Position numbers and translations under genes: made by a program
In this document: positions 1 to 12,778 of the stretch, piece by piece
Position numbering within the stretch: position 1 is the stretch's first letter
Layout: each line of letters starts with the position of its first letter
DNA from: Eledone cirrhosa
Taxonomy: Eukaryota
DNA length: 64,000 bases
NCBI GenBank assembly: GCA_964016885.1
Contig: OZ024742.1
Coordinates: 127,720,001 to 127,784,000 of the forward strand
Direction of reading: 5' to 3'
Notes under the pieces: model-generated
The model's database searches: none
What the model was told of the DNA's origin: nothing
What the model saw: only the letters and a program-made list of their open reading frames with translations

Positions 1-528
1 AGCCAATGTGTATAGCCAATTCGCTATGCATATAGACACACACAGATGTAGCAAATATTGGATGCTGCCACCCCTTCCTTTCCCAGTTGACGTTATCACC
101 CCTTACTTCCTCAGTCATCTTGTGACGGACAAATATACAAGCGTATTATATACTAGAATTTTTTTCAACACACGGACGGGTATGTGTATGTACATATGCA
201 TACATTTATATGTATGAGTATATAAATATAAACACGCAAACAGAGACAATTACAAAAATACACACAGACATACATTCACATCGCGTAGTTTTTTCACCAT
301 CCCCTTCCTTTCTTTTACACATACATTCACTCAAAGAGAGAGGTGTAGTATGAAGTAGTCAAGCTACTCTCTCTTTACGTGTTGTGACAGAATTGCAGAA
401 ATTTATATATAGATTAGTAGATTCTATTGGAATAAGCTGATGTTTATTCAAGTTTGAAATCACTCTCATTCTGAGTTATATGGATATCAGTATAGCTTCA
501 TGTCAAATAAGGGGGATTTGAATTTTTT

Positions 529-695
529 TCATTCCACTGCAAAGTGGTCGTGGAGGTGCCACAGCAAAAAAGCACCCTGCACTCACTGTAAATGAGGTTG
601 GTGTTAGGAAGGGCATCCAGCTATAGAAATCAAGCCAGAATCAGTTCCCGTCCCACCCTTGCAAGCAGGGAAAAGCGGACGTAAAATGATGATGA
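529..695 (+). mobile_element. 3' half of the CORE-SINE family (RTE-derived tail)
   Basis: Nearly identical to the 3' half of full copies at 21262 and 54929; ends in CGTCCCACCCTTGCAAGCAGGGAAAAGCGGACGTAAAATGATGATGA, the same tail as the RTE at 44719-44765. Confidence 0.85.
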
Positions 696-740
696 CCAAC
701 GGTCAAAAATACAGCTATCATATAGATATAAACATATATA

Positions 741-1056
741 TATATAGTCTAACAAAGTTCTTTCGTTGCACATCTGCAACATCATCAGTAGTACTATTAT
801 GTTCCTCCTGTTGTATTGTATATCTACGCCATCTTTATTTTAAAATAAAGATGGCAACGAAAGAACTTTGTTAGACTATATATGTGTTTATATCTATATT
901 ATATCTATATTTTTGACTGTTGGTCAGTCAATGGTAAACATTGAGGACCCAATGAATTAACTGTGGAGATATAAAAGATACAGAAGCGAAAACCAACCAA
1001 ACAGTGCATGTATTATTATTTCTGGCAATATTATTACAACAATATGACCCTCCCCA
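741..1056. mobile_element. Penelope-like pLTR fragment with an inverted segment and a degenerate hammerhead on the minus strand
   Basis: 741-769 and 855-883 are inverted repeats; 855-1056 resembles the PLE 3' region at 51430-51640; the minus strand reads CTGATGA-tGTTGCAgatgTGCAAC-GAAA. Confidence 0.7.
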
Positions 1057-1484
1057 TATATATATATATATATATTCACAATGTCCGCAATAGCTTATGC
1101 AACAAACTAGTATAAATTGCATCTGTAATTTTAAGGTTTAAAAATCTGTAACAAGTATCTATCATACACGTATTAATATGGCAATATACAAACTAAAAAA
1201 AAAACAAAAACAACAACAACACCCATTGTAATTCATGCTTTTTTCCCCACCATTTCATTCAAGTTAGTTGACAACCCTGGTCCATAGACGAACATTGCAT
1301 ATATGTATATTTATATACACACCTTATACCATACTTTTAATACACAACATATAATTTAATGTAGGTAGATGGTCTGACAAAATTCGTGTATATATATATA
1401 TATATATATATATGTTTATGGAATGTGTGAGGGTATTACGGTGTAATTTTCGAAAAGCTGAATTGTAAAATAAAATTCAACTCA

Positions 1485-2790
1485 CCCTAACCGCAGCATC
1501 CAGGACGTGGGAAGAATCAAAAGAGTCACTAATTGTGACGTCCCAGACAAGGCATCTGCCTCTCGACCAGGGTCACAGAGTAAGGCCGTCCGTTAGGTCT
1601 TTTCCCATCACCTTTGGACAACCCAGATGGTTCCAAGATTGAGGGGATGTTCGCCCGGACCAAAGCTCTCTTGAGAATGAGGTTTAGCTCTGTGTGACGC
1701 GCGAAGCGACCGGCATTCAGGCGGCAAGAGAGACCGTGGAGTCGAGGAGTTTTTCACATCGACACCTCAAACCCGTACAGACGTCAGCTCCCATTCGGAG
1801 GGAAATGGAGACTCGAAGCTAAGTAGGCCACAACCGTTAGCTACGGGTAGGGCATCAACCCAGTCACCCGAGTATTTGGCGCTGGCAGTAAGCGGCACCT
1901 TGAAAACTGATCCGACTGGACGAAGAGGGAGTCAAAGGTGGCCTTTGCATCTTATGCTGTCCCTAGCTCTCTGACTTCGACTGTTCTCCACCTTCTCAGG
2001 AAAGACAAGCCTAACTCATTCAATTTTTGGAGAGGAGAGGATGTTGTTCACCAGAGTGGAGCAAGCGTGGGTGGAGGAAAGGAAGCAAAGGAGACAGAGA
2101 GGCGAACATTTACGAAGACCAACACCCCAAATCGCGGGACTCTGGAGAAAGTCTAACATTGACCAGGCACTCGAGTCTCTCGAAGATTAGGTCGTCGAAG
2201 CGTTGGAGGCAGGACGGAAATCTGTGAGAAGGGCTGACCCTGAGCACATATAGATAAAAAAAGACATGACGGCCTTACCCTGTGCCTCACAGTTAGTGAC
2301 TCTTTTGCTTCTCCCCACATCTTGGATGCTAAGGTAAGGGAGGGAGCCACAACTTCCGCAGCCGAACGGAACAAAATCCTGAAATACCGTGATCTGTCGG
2401 CTAACTACATTTTTCAGCCTGTAGCGTTCGAGACATTTGTGGGAGTCGGGCTATTGACTGCGAGATTCTTATCTTCATTGACGGCTCGCCTAACAGAGGT
2501 AACTGGTGATGCTCGTTAGGGAGCTTGGTTATTTCAGCGTATCCGCCTGGCCATCACCTGAGGTAACGCTGCGAACGTCCTGGCTTGCCTAAACAATTAT
2601 TAGAGGTTTCCCAGTCCTAGCGATACTGTTATCGTTTGCTCTGGTAGCGGCTCGGTTGTCCACCCCTTTCGTTGTATGTGGTCCCAGATGTTTTTTTTCC
2701 TGTTTTCCCTCTCCCTACCCTTAATATTATATTTGCGCTTTCGTAAGCATTGTATTATTATACCTCTTTTTATATAACAGTGAATAAAAA
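1485..2790. mobile_element. Degenerate CRE-like (restriction-like endonuclease) non-LTR retrotransposon fragments, minus strand about 1485-2235 and plus strand about 2236-2790
   Basis: Plus strand peptide AAERNKILKYRDLSANYIFQPVAFETF; the minus part is homologous to the GLSCRLNAGRFARH region at 7790-7890; stops and frameshifts present. Confidence 0.7.
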
Positions 2791-3965
2791 CGGTTTTGTA
2801 GAATGCGTCAATCGGTCACACACCACATGGGGCAGTTATAAAAAAAAATTTAACATATCAAATTCAACTCTACAACTTAGGAGCACACCCTGAATGAGCC
2901 TTAAGATAATTAAAATGTTTTCAATTTTTATAAATTTAACAAGGAGTCTCCAAATTTCATATATCTTAGTGTTTCACCAGGTTTAAATCCAGCACTGTTT
3001 ATTCCGTCCGTAAAATAATGGCTTATGTACATGTACAAATACTGAAGGCAAATAATAAATACAGTTAATATTAAACGTTAAAATAGATTAACTTACCTTT
3101 TTATAGAATCAGTTGATGTATATGCTTCATAGGCATTGACATTTGGTTGGAGATGAGTTGTAAAATATTTAGCTCAAATCACATTTGCATGGTTTTAACC
3201 ATGTACGAAGTCAGGGAGATTTTGTGAGAATGGCTCAACCGTCGTATAATGTATGGTGTATTTGGTAGAGCGGTTTGTGGTATTTAAAATTTTAAAATGC
3301 CTTCGATGTCAACTTTGCCTTTCATCTTTTCCGCGGTCGATAAAATAAACTACCAGTAAAGTATTGGTTCGATATCAACTCTTCCCTCCCTACAAATTAA
3401 TGGTAATTTATTTTATATACATGAGTTAATAGAGCAGAACGGTGTAATTAAAATTGTTTAATTTTTAAATGTAATTCATTTTGTATACCACAACCAGTGG
3501 AAAGAAGCAGCTTCTTTAAATTCGAAATACCTTAAGTATCAAAACTTAATTCTTTAAAGAAAGAAGTTTTCAAAATAAGTAAAAATAATTTCATACACAA
3601 AACACCTCATTTAAATATTACCAAATTAGCACTGTAATCTAATGTAAGTTTTGATTATATTATACAAAGTGTTATTATACAAGTCTTTAAAATACGCTTT
3701 CTCCAATAGCATCAGTATGTAAAATTAATTATACCTATCAAATGGTAAATGGTCTCGCATTTTCTTTCATTTTAATGAATTCATTTTGTCAGTGAGATTC
3801 AATGTCTGCATTCTCTATTTCCAAATCAAACATGCAGTTTTTCCAGATCCTCGAAACATACTTTGAAGTCTTTCCTTAATTTTCAAGTTGTTTTATGTGA
3901 TAGTTCCTGGTCACTATCTGAAATGTTTTCAGCTTCTTGAAATTGTCTTAAGTCTACCAAGAAAG

Positions 3966-4507
3966 TTAACAAGTTGGCAGACACGAGTACACACCAAAGA
4001 GAATACACGCACATGAACGCATGCGTAGAGACAGCATAGAAGAAAACATTACAGGAACACAACGGGAGGAAACAGAAACATCACTGATGATGTCACATAT
4101 GGAAGGCCTATGAGAGGGGGGTCCAGCCGGTACTTTGTTCCGGGGCCCAACAGCAACCATGCAACATACATTTTGAGAAAACATCTTTGCCTGCTTCTAG
4201 CCCCAAAGAGGTCCTTGTACCGCCTTGCAAAATTTCTCTTGGAGGCTCAGCACAGATGTGTGTAATGAAAGAATTCTGAGAAACAATATCTATATTTTTA
4301 ACTGTTGCTCAATCAATGATAAACATTGATTGCCAGCTAAATTATTTATGAAATATAAAAATATACTGAAGCGAAAACTAAACAGTGTGTTTTACTATAT
4401 TTTTCTGGCAATATTAAAATAACATGAGACTTCCAAAATATAACAATATCTGTTTCAACACACGATTTCATATAAAAAAAAACCTTGCAAAACAAATACA
4501 TCGCTGT
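3966..4507 (+). mobile_element. Penelope-like pLTR fragment
   Basis: Resembles the PLE 3' ends at 37300-37480, 51250-51650 and the inverted copy at 50862-50957 (TATAACAATATCTGTTTCAACACACGATTTCA). Confidence 0.7.
4102..4250. mobile_element. Small hAT-like MITE
   Basis: Flanked by near-identical 8-mers CACATATG (4094-4101) and CACAGATG (4251-4258); weak terminal inverted similarity. Confidence 0.45.
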
Positions 4508-5234
4508 CACTACCTAAAATGTCTGTCAATGTAAATGTATATAAGCCTATTAAGATTGTTCGGTTTTGGAATGATTGTAATATCTTGTCCTTGCAGATGT
4601 TTCTGTACTTTAAGTCTGACAAATAGAATAGACGCCTCTTACGCTTTTTCAACTTGTAACTACGTGACGATGGGTCTTTATCGACAACAATTTTTTACAA
4701 GTTGGCAAGTCTTTGCAAGCTATCAGCTTTTGATAATACATTGTATGCAAAAAAAAAAAAAAATCATAATAATAATTGGTTTAAAGTTTCTGTATTTTTC
4801 TTCATTATAATATTGCAGTCTTGAATTACGAGGGCTTGATTGATCTGATACATACTTTAAAAACAACACATGCGGTTTCTTGGTTACATGGTGGTGTCTG
4901 TAATATACAATGAACAGTATGTACATTGGGAAGATTTTCTTTGATTATGGTGGTAAATCCTCTGTAATGACCAACCATTGCTGGTTCACTGTCTGTAGAC
5001 ATTGCTGTAATATTCGTAAGGGAAACATTGTGTTTGTTCAAATAATCCTTCAAACATTAAACAATTACTGCACTTTTCGTATTCCTTTAAGCTACTTGGC
5101 AAATAACATTTTTGGCTTTGATTATAATACCTCACAGTGGGGCAGCTGCTAGGGCAACACGTGTTTTCTTGGGCTCTGCTAGACTCAGCAGCAACACACA
5201 CAACCACGTGTTGCTACACACGGGGGAGACCAAT

Positions 5235-5420
5235 GATTGGCAGTATCGGTAGAGGGTCGGGCGCCATGCTTTCCAGCATAGTTACGACCCTTTATGGCCT
5301 GATTTCAAATCCCGCCAAAGTTAACTTTGCCTTTCATCCTTACGGGGTCGATAAAATAAAGTACCAGTAATACACTGGGATAATTGCTGGCCTTGTGCCA
5401 AATATAGAAACAATTATCAT
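5235..5420 (+). mobile_element. tRNA-derived SINE family A (Meta-domain-like core); further copies at about 8355-8460, 8595-8745(-), 9610-9785, 12258-12425, 12441-12622 and 57790-57893
   Basis: A-box TGGCAGTATCGG, B-box-like TTCAAATCC, conserved CTTTGCCTTTCATCCTTACGGGGTCGATAAAATAAAGTACCAGT and an (ATT)n tail; at least 9 copies in the window. Confidence 0.85.
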
Positions 5421-5744
5421 TTACAGATATCCCTCTGTGTTTAAAGTAAAATACATGTTCATTAATGCATATGTATGTATATATATGTGTGTGCGTATAT
5501 GTATGTGTGTGTGTGTGTGTGTGTGCACATTTTTGTGATTGGAAAATTTTTTGGACCCAGCAATTCAACACCAAACAACTCTCCTCTACTTTGTCACTCC
5601 AGCTCACCCCTTTGTTCGTCACTTGACATAGCTGTATGCCGCCCGGAGTCACCCTGCCATCGGATAGTGGCCCATTAATTTACAACACATTGAGAAGAAT
5701 TCCCGTCTATTCATATCGGGGCCCGGTTCCGGGACGTCATTTCC

Positions 5745-6013
5745 CCTCCGAAACACCAGCGTGCCCGTTGTCTCTCTTTAGCTTGAGTCCTACTGCGGCC
5801 CTCCCTCCATCGCCTCTGGCGATTTCGCGGCCAACTCAAAACTTCCTAAGTGGCTTGAGACTTCTGCTGCTGACACCACAGTCTCGTCTACCAAGATGTC
5901 GTCGATGTAGGAGTTGGTGGCCCTCTTCACCTCGTCTGCTTTCCCCAGAATGGCCTTGAGGACCGTCGCCATGATCTTTGGTGCAGAGTTCAAGCCGAAG
6001 CCAAGCCTGGTCA
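5745..6013 (-). pseudogene. Ty3/Gypsy-like reverse transcriptase fragment
   Basis: TRLGFGLNSAPKIM...NSYIDDILVDE matches the FGLxxAP and YIDD motifs of LTR-element RT. Confidence 0.65.
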
Positions 6014-8350
6014 GGAAACTGATAAACCTCAAGCGTGCGGTTAATGCCAAATTCAGCGAATTTGACATTAAAGGGGCTGTCCGTCTGCTCTCTTCTCTGT
6101 CCTCCCTCGCTCCGTGTAACTCTGATTCTCTTGAGTGACTGAAAGAGAAGCACCATTCGGCACTCCCAGATGATCAGTTACACTGGCCCGAGCCACCAGA
6201 ATACTTGAGGCCTGTCTACACCACTGATAACATCAGAAAGGCGATTTCATTCTTCCCCGCTGGTTCAGGCGCAGAGATTGACGGCCTTCGTCCTCAACAC
6301 CTCAAAGATGGTATCTCCTTATCGGCCAGCGAAGCCGGACTCGAACTCTTAGAGATTCTGACTCAGTTTGTGAATCAGTTCTCCCCTATACCCGCTCACT
6401 GTTCTTCGGTGCGAAATTATTTGGTCAACTGAGACCTGTGCCCCATTGCGGTTGGTTGCACCCTTTGTGTCTCACTGCAAAGGTGTGTTTGCTATCGGTC
6501 TCTGAGTCACTGGCGGAGGAATTTTCACCCAACCAGCTAGGGATGGGTACCAAGCTGGGATGTGAGGCTGCTGCCCATGTTACCAGAGTCTTTACCAACT
6601 TGTCCTCATTGTTCTCCGAATTCATCCTCAAATTTGACCTCAAGCCGCGACGTGTCCTCAACTCAGTAAGAGAGAAGGTTCCACAACTCTACCATTTTGC
6701 TTGGCAGGAAGCCCTCCTACCTCTCTTTTGGTGACCAAATAACACCTCTGTCTTAGGAGTCCAACAGGGCAACCCACTCGGGCCCACTCTGTTTGCATTG
6801 GGCATTGATGACATCACCAAGAGGGGGGTTGAGTTAGATCTCAACATCTGGTATCTCGACGACGCTTGTTTGGGGGACCTCCGGATAAGGTTCTCGCCAC
6901 TGCTAACAAAATGGTTGAGGAGCTTGGCCGTCGGGGTCTCTAGGTCGATAACTCCAAATGTGAGCTCTGGATCCACAACCACCCAGCTTCTCAACATCAA
7001 CAGACAATTGACCTGTTTACAGAGTCCTTCCCTTCTACTGCGGTCCCTGCCCCGTCGGTTTGGTGCTCCTTAGGAGCCCCAATTATAGACCTTGCCTTCG
7101 AGTCAATCTTCCAATCAAAGATAGTTGGCCTTGAGCAGCTGCTGAAGAATATGGAACCTGATCAAGTTTTCTTCATACTCAGGAACTACATTTCTATTCC
7201 TAAGCTTCTGTATTTGTTCAGGGTCAGCCCTTCTCATAGATTTCTGTCCTGCCTCCAACGCTTCGACGATCTAATCTTCGAGAGACTCTAGTGTCTGGTC
7301 AATGTTAGACACCCTCCAGAGTCCGCGATCAGGCTGCGTTGCCCAAGCGATTTGAAGGTCTTGGTCTCCCTTGCTTCCTTTCCTCCACCCACACTTGCTC
7401 CACAATGGTGAGCAACATCCTATCCTCTCCAATATGGACTAGTTCCAACAGGGAGTTGGATGAAGCTCTCCAACAATGGAATGAGTTGGGCTTGTCTGTT
7501 CTTGAGAAGGCGGTGGATAGTTGAAGTCAGAGAGCTTGGGACAGCGTAAGTTCGAAGACCACCTTCGACTTCCTCTTCGTCCAGTCGGATCAGTTTGCAA
7601 AATACCGCTTACTATCTGCCAGCGCCAAATACTCAGGTGACTGGGTTGATGCCCTACCCGTGGCTAACGTCAGGATTACTCAGCCTGGACGAACTTCGTG
7701 TCTCTATTGCCCTCAGAGCGGGAGTAGCTGACGTCTGCATGGGTTTGAGGTGTCGATGCGGCAAACTCCTCGACTCCGCAAGCTTCCACGGTCTTTCTTG
7801 CCGCCTGAATGCCGGTCGCTTCGCGCGTCACACGGAGCTAAACTTCATTCTCAAGAGAGCTTTGGCCCGGGCGAACATCCCTTCAGTCTTGGAACCACCT
7901 GGGTTAGGCCGAGAGCCACAGATTCCGCAGCCCAACGGAGCAAACCCCTAAAATACTCTGATCTGTCGACCAACTACATTTTCCAGCCTGTGGCTTTCGA
8001 GACATTTGGGGGAGTCTGACTGCTGACTGCGAGTTTCTTATTTTCACCGGCGGCTCGCCTAACAGAGGTAACTGGCGAATCTCACGAGGGCGCTTGGTTG
8101 TTCTAGCACATTAGCCTGGCCATCACCCGAGGTAACGCTGCGAGCGTGCTGGTTTGCCTCAAAAATCATTAAAGAGGTTTCCCAGTGCTCCTGCTATCTT
8201 TTGCTCTGGTAGTGGTTCAGTTCTGTAAGCATCGTATTATTATATATATTTTTTTTTCTTTCTCTTTTTTTCTCTTTCTTTCTATTTATAATATTATACT
8301 TCTCTTCATTTCGTACTGTATTATTATATTGATACAAAAAACAAAAAAAA
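6014..8350 (+). mobile_element. Degenerate CRE-like non-LTR retrotransposon (RT + Zn knuckle + restriction-like endonuclease)
   Basis: IDGLRPQHLKD, QLGMGTKLGCEAAAH, GVQQGNPLGPTLFALG, NIWYLDD, CRCG...HGLSC...RH, VAFETFG; many frameshifts; A-rich tail near 8335-8352. Confidence 0.75.
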
Positions 8351-8759
8351 AGAAGTCGAGGTTAACTTTGCCTTTCATCCTTACGGGGTCGATAAAATAA
8401 AGTACCAGTAATGTACTGGTAATTGCTGGCCTTGTGCCAAAAGTAGAAACAATTATTATATTTATACATCTGCAAATAAAATAAAACATTTCTTCTAAAA
8501 AAAAAAACTACATTGTTTATGAAACTCAGTGGAAATGCAAATAATTTCAGCTGCTTCCGTTTTTTCGTAGTATATAATGGTTTCTTATATATGCACTAGG
8601 CCAGCAATTTTGCGGGAGGGGAAAGTCGATTAAATCGACCCCAGTACGTGACTCTTACTTTATTTTATCGACCCCGTAAGGATGAAAGGCAAAGTTAATT
8701 TCGGCGGGATTTGAACTCTATGCTGCAAAGCATGGCGTCCGCCCCGAGATCCCATGAGT

Positions 8760-9556
8760 TTAAGCGGCCCACAAGCCAGACGAATTTAAAAGAAACAAAA
8801 TGCAGTATTTGCAGGTAGTGGATACTACAATAGCAAATTTGAAAAATTTTTTTCTTTCCACAGGATTTAGCAGATTATGAAAAACTGAGCAATATTTTAC
8901 TCAATGGAAATTTTTGTGCTGAAGTGATCATGCAGTATCCAGAGCTTGATGAATTTTCTTTAAGGAACGAAATACTTTTTTTTTATAGAAACCATCATAG
9001 TGGATCATCTCTCGAGGATCATCGTAAAATATTCGGTGAAATGCAACCAGAAGTCCGTCTCATGTTTCCAAATGAGCGATTGCTCAGGCTACTTTTAATG
9101 TTTCTAAACAGTTCTTGTGAAGCTGAAAGGTCTTTTAGCGCTCTGCGGAGACTCAAAACTTGGTTGCGATCGACCATGACTCAGCAAAGGTTGCATCATA
9201 TTCTAATATGCCACGTTCATATTTGGAAAAAGATTAGTTGTGAAGCTGTTAAATTATTTATTGACAGCAATGATGCGAAATATAATATATTTGGAAAGTT
9301 CTAAAAGACAATAAATTTACTTTTTTTTTTAAATTCAAACGTCTATGTTTTATTTTTTGTTTATTTGATATAATAAATTCTTTTTAAGCTTATATTTTTT
9401 ATATCTGAACTTCATTTGTATATATGAATTTAATTAGCGTAAAATTTTACTTATGTGACAGGGTTCGGGAAAGACACCATAAGCTAACATGTTCCTTTAA
9501 GAATCAACAAATGTTGGTTTGTCCCCCTCACATTTTTAAGACAAACGAGGCCATTG
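8760..9556 (+). pseudogene. hAT transposase C-terminal dimerisation-domain remnant and right end
   Basis: ORF 8924-9304 contains SSCEAERSFSALRRLKTWLRSTMTQQRL (hATC signature). Confidence 0.8.
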
Positions 9557-9972
9557 CAGTCAGAGCTAACTTATGACTAAATAACAGTTATTATTTGAAC
9601 CAATGACCAGTTACGGCCCTTTCCATTCTGAGTTCAAATCCCGCCGAGGTTAACTTTGTCTTTCATCCTTACGGGGTCGATAAAATAAAGTACCAGTAAT
9701 GCACTGAGTAATTGCTGGCCTTGTGCCTAAAGTAGAAATAATTATTATTGCTGGCCTTGTGCCAAAAGTAGAAACAATTATTTGAACCAATGACGCAGCC
9801 TCTACATAGTGACTCCACCTGCTAAAAATAGCAGGACAAATTTCTCTCAAATCACACACTGTGCTGGATAGTATGGACTTAGGTTCTATGCATGTTGGAA
9901 AGAGACAAAATAGTCAAGGCTGAAACACTTTGAGTATAGGCCTCATCCATTTAGGTTTACGTAAGGCTAACC

Positions 9973-10843
9973 CTGGTGGTACTTTAGGGGTGTGACGGTT
10001 CAGTAACTCCCTGAAGTGCTCTGTCCATCTTTTCAATTGTTCCTCAGTTGTTATCAATGGGTTCCCATTCTGGTCCTTCACTGGCTTCTCTGCTGGAATT
10101 TAACTGCTAGCCTTTGGGTTACTTAATACAGGTCTTATCCTGCTGTTTTCTCTGCTTGACTGGCCAGGTAGTCTTTCTTGTCCTTGATGTTTCCCTTCAC
10201 TTCGTTGTCAGTCGCTGTGTACTCTTTCTGTGCTCTAGTCGGTGGAGAGCCCATCAGAGGGGTGGAATCATTTTTTACCTGGATCGACGTTGGAGAACCG
10301 ACCGAGACGTCACAGCCAGGATTGGCAAGGCAAGAGCAGCTTTCATCATGCCGAAGAATGTCTTGGAATGAAAAGAAACCTGCTCAAGAACTAAACTTCG
10401 CATCTCCAACTCCAACGTGAAGGCGGTACTGCTGTAAGGACGTGAAACTTGAAGGGCAACAAAGAAGATGCAGCAGAAGATCCAGACATTCTTCAATACC
10501 TGTCTGAGGCGCATCTACAATATCAAATAACCGGAGAAGATTAGAAACGAAGATCTCTGGATGCGAGCGGGACAGGAACCAGTAGCAAAGCAGATTCTGT
10601 GGAGGAAGTGGAGCTGGATTGGATATACCCTCAGGAAACCAGCATCTAACACCACACGCCAAGCCCTGAGCTGGAACCCGCAGGGTAAGAAGAAGCTGGA
10701 GGCGTGATACTGAGGCTGAATTAAGACAACTGGAAGCAAACTGGATTGGAGTGGCAAGAGAGCAGCCCAGGATCGTGTACGATGGTAGAGGGTTGTCAAT
10801 GGCCTATGCTCCACAGAGAGCAATGGCGCTGAGTGAATGAATG
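9973..10843. mobile_element. 5'-inverted, truncated RTE-clade LINE
   Basis: Minus part encodes EKPVKDQNGNPLITTEEQLKRWTEHFRE; plus part encodes DVTARIGKARAAF...RRKWSWIG and ends in a TGA(G/A) repeat tail; TSD AAGGCTAACC/AGGGCTAACC at 9963-9972 and 10844-10853. Confidence 0.75.
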
Positions 10844-11419
10844 AGGGCTAACCGCCGCTACCACGACATAGTCAAGGCTGAAATGCTTTGAGTGTATGTC
10901 GCCTCCATTTAGGTTGACATAAGGCTAACTCGCCACCACCACGACATCGGTTGCTTTCTGATAGTTTTGCAGTCGAGCATGTTGGAGACTTCCAGTGTTC
11001 TTGGCCCTCGGACCACATTCCTACTATTGGAGCGGAGTTGGTTACCCGCAAATGCGAGGTGAAGTGACTGTTTCAGCTCGTCCTCCTCGCCATTTTCCGA
11101 GGCAAAGTTTCTTCCATCCTGTCTGCCGGGATCACGAGGAGGACTGACCCTTGAACACTGAGCGGTAACTACAGATCACACACAGTAAACACTAACAATT
11201 AGTACTACTAATACTGCTCGACAGTCTTACCTTGCATTTTGGGATGGGTATTGATCAACTCTTATTAGTCATGCCTACAATGACAAGATGACTATTAACT
11301 ATTTTTTAAACATGTCTCTCGGACTTCGTTATTATAATCTTTCTTTTGGGTGTGATATGAAGGACATTTGACTGCCAGTTCTATCATGTACAAGCTCTTT
11401 TTGATAACTTGACAACCAA

Positions 11420-12165
11420 CCATCGCCAGGAACCTCACAAAAACAACACACCCAAACACATGACCAGAGCGAGAGACAGAAAGAAAAAAGAGAAAAAAAA
11501 GGGGGTGGGGTAAAACAAAAACGAAAACGACCATCAATTCACCACCAAGTGCGACAATCGGCCGTACATCATATGGGGCAACGGAACACTTTAAGGCAAG
11601 CCAACACGTTTGTAACATTACCACGGGTGTTGAAACAACCTGGCACCCTCACGGGCATCACCTGACACCTCAGTAAGGCGAACCGCCAGCGATGACAAGA
11701 ACTTCGCTGTCAGCGGCCCAACTCCACCAAACGTCTCAAACACCACAAGCTGGAAAAAATAATTATTAGATAAATCCAGGTATTTACGAATTTTATTCCG
11801 TTCGGCAACGAAAACAGTAACCCCCACATTTACCGCGGCATCCATGCTGTGGGAGAGAGAAAAAGAGTCACTGACTATGGCGTACCATATGAGAAACATA
11901 TCTCTTACCCAGGGACAAAGGGTAAGGTCGTCTAGTCTCTTCCCTTCACTTTTGGATAATCCAGCCGGCTCCAGAACTGAGGGGATATTTATCCGAGGTA
12001 GGGTTCGTTTAATGACCAGGTTTAGCTCGGTGTTGCGAGCGAAACGACCTAAATTCAGGCGGCAGAACAAACCATGTCGGCTTGTGGAGTCGAGGGACCT
12101 ACCACAGTTGATATCTCAGACCCCCACAGACATCGGCTCCCACTCAAAATGCAATGGAGATGCGG
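11420..12165 (-). mobile_element. CRE-like element 3' fragment (RLE domain)
   Basis: ORF 11618-12070: CRLNLGRFARN...GKRLDDLTLCPW...VVFETFGGVG, homologous to the copies at 2.3 kb and 7.8 kb. Confidence 0.75.
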
Positions 12166-12178
12166 TATACCTTACTAT

Positions 12179-12778
12179 CATAAGCGTATTGCTCCTATCA
12201 TTTTTGGGGGTGCAGACGTTCAGAATTTTCCGACAAAAATGTTCATGCTCACCAAAATCGGACGCCATGCTTTGCAGCAAAGAGTTACGGCCCTTTATGG
12301 TCTGAGTTCAAATCCTGCCGAGGTTAACTTTGCCTTTCATCCTTACGGGGTCGATGAAATAAAGTGCCAGTAATGCACTGAAATAATTCCTGGCCTTGTG
12401 CCAAAAGTAGAAACAATTATTATGACATTTTTGTCACCGAGGGCGGTGGATTGGCAGTATCGGTAGTAGGTCGGACGCCATGCTTTGACGCATAGTTACG
12501 GCTCTTGCCATTCTGAGTTCAAATCCCGCTGAGGTTAACTTTGCGAGGTCGATAAAATAAAGCACCAGTAATGCACTGGGTAATTGTTGGCCTTGTGCCA
12601 AAAGTAGAAACAATTATTATGACATTTTTATTTATTACTGTATGTACACATTTTATTGTTTTGTGCAATTAAAATAAACTAGCAAAGTATACAATATTTT
12701 TTGAAAATGTAAGAATTTTCCGACAATTTTTGTGGGCGTGCTACTTCACTCCCTCGCACTCCCAGCAATACGCCACTG
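12179..12778. mobile_element. hAT-like MITE containing two SINE-A copies
   Basis: Termini CATAAGCGTATTGCT / AGCAATACGCCACTG are imperfect inverted repeats; 8-bp flanks CTTACTAT / TCTACTAT. Confidence 0.55.

Larger units (their letters stand above)
3745..5110 (-). pseudogene. hAT (Charlie/Buster-like) transposase remnant, split by a PLE fragment
   Basis: ITAMSTDSEPAMVGHYRGF...VHTVHCIL resembles the hAT TDGAxxM...HC motif; LRKDFKVCFEDLEKLHV lies further downstream on the same strand; multiple stops. Confidence 0.7.

Noticed and set aside
3091-3175. Possible minus-strand exon with a GTAAGT donor
   Set aside because: Short frame, weak acceptor, no partner exons or recognisable motif
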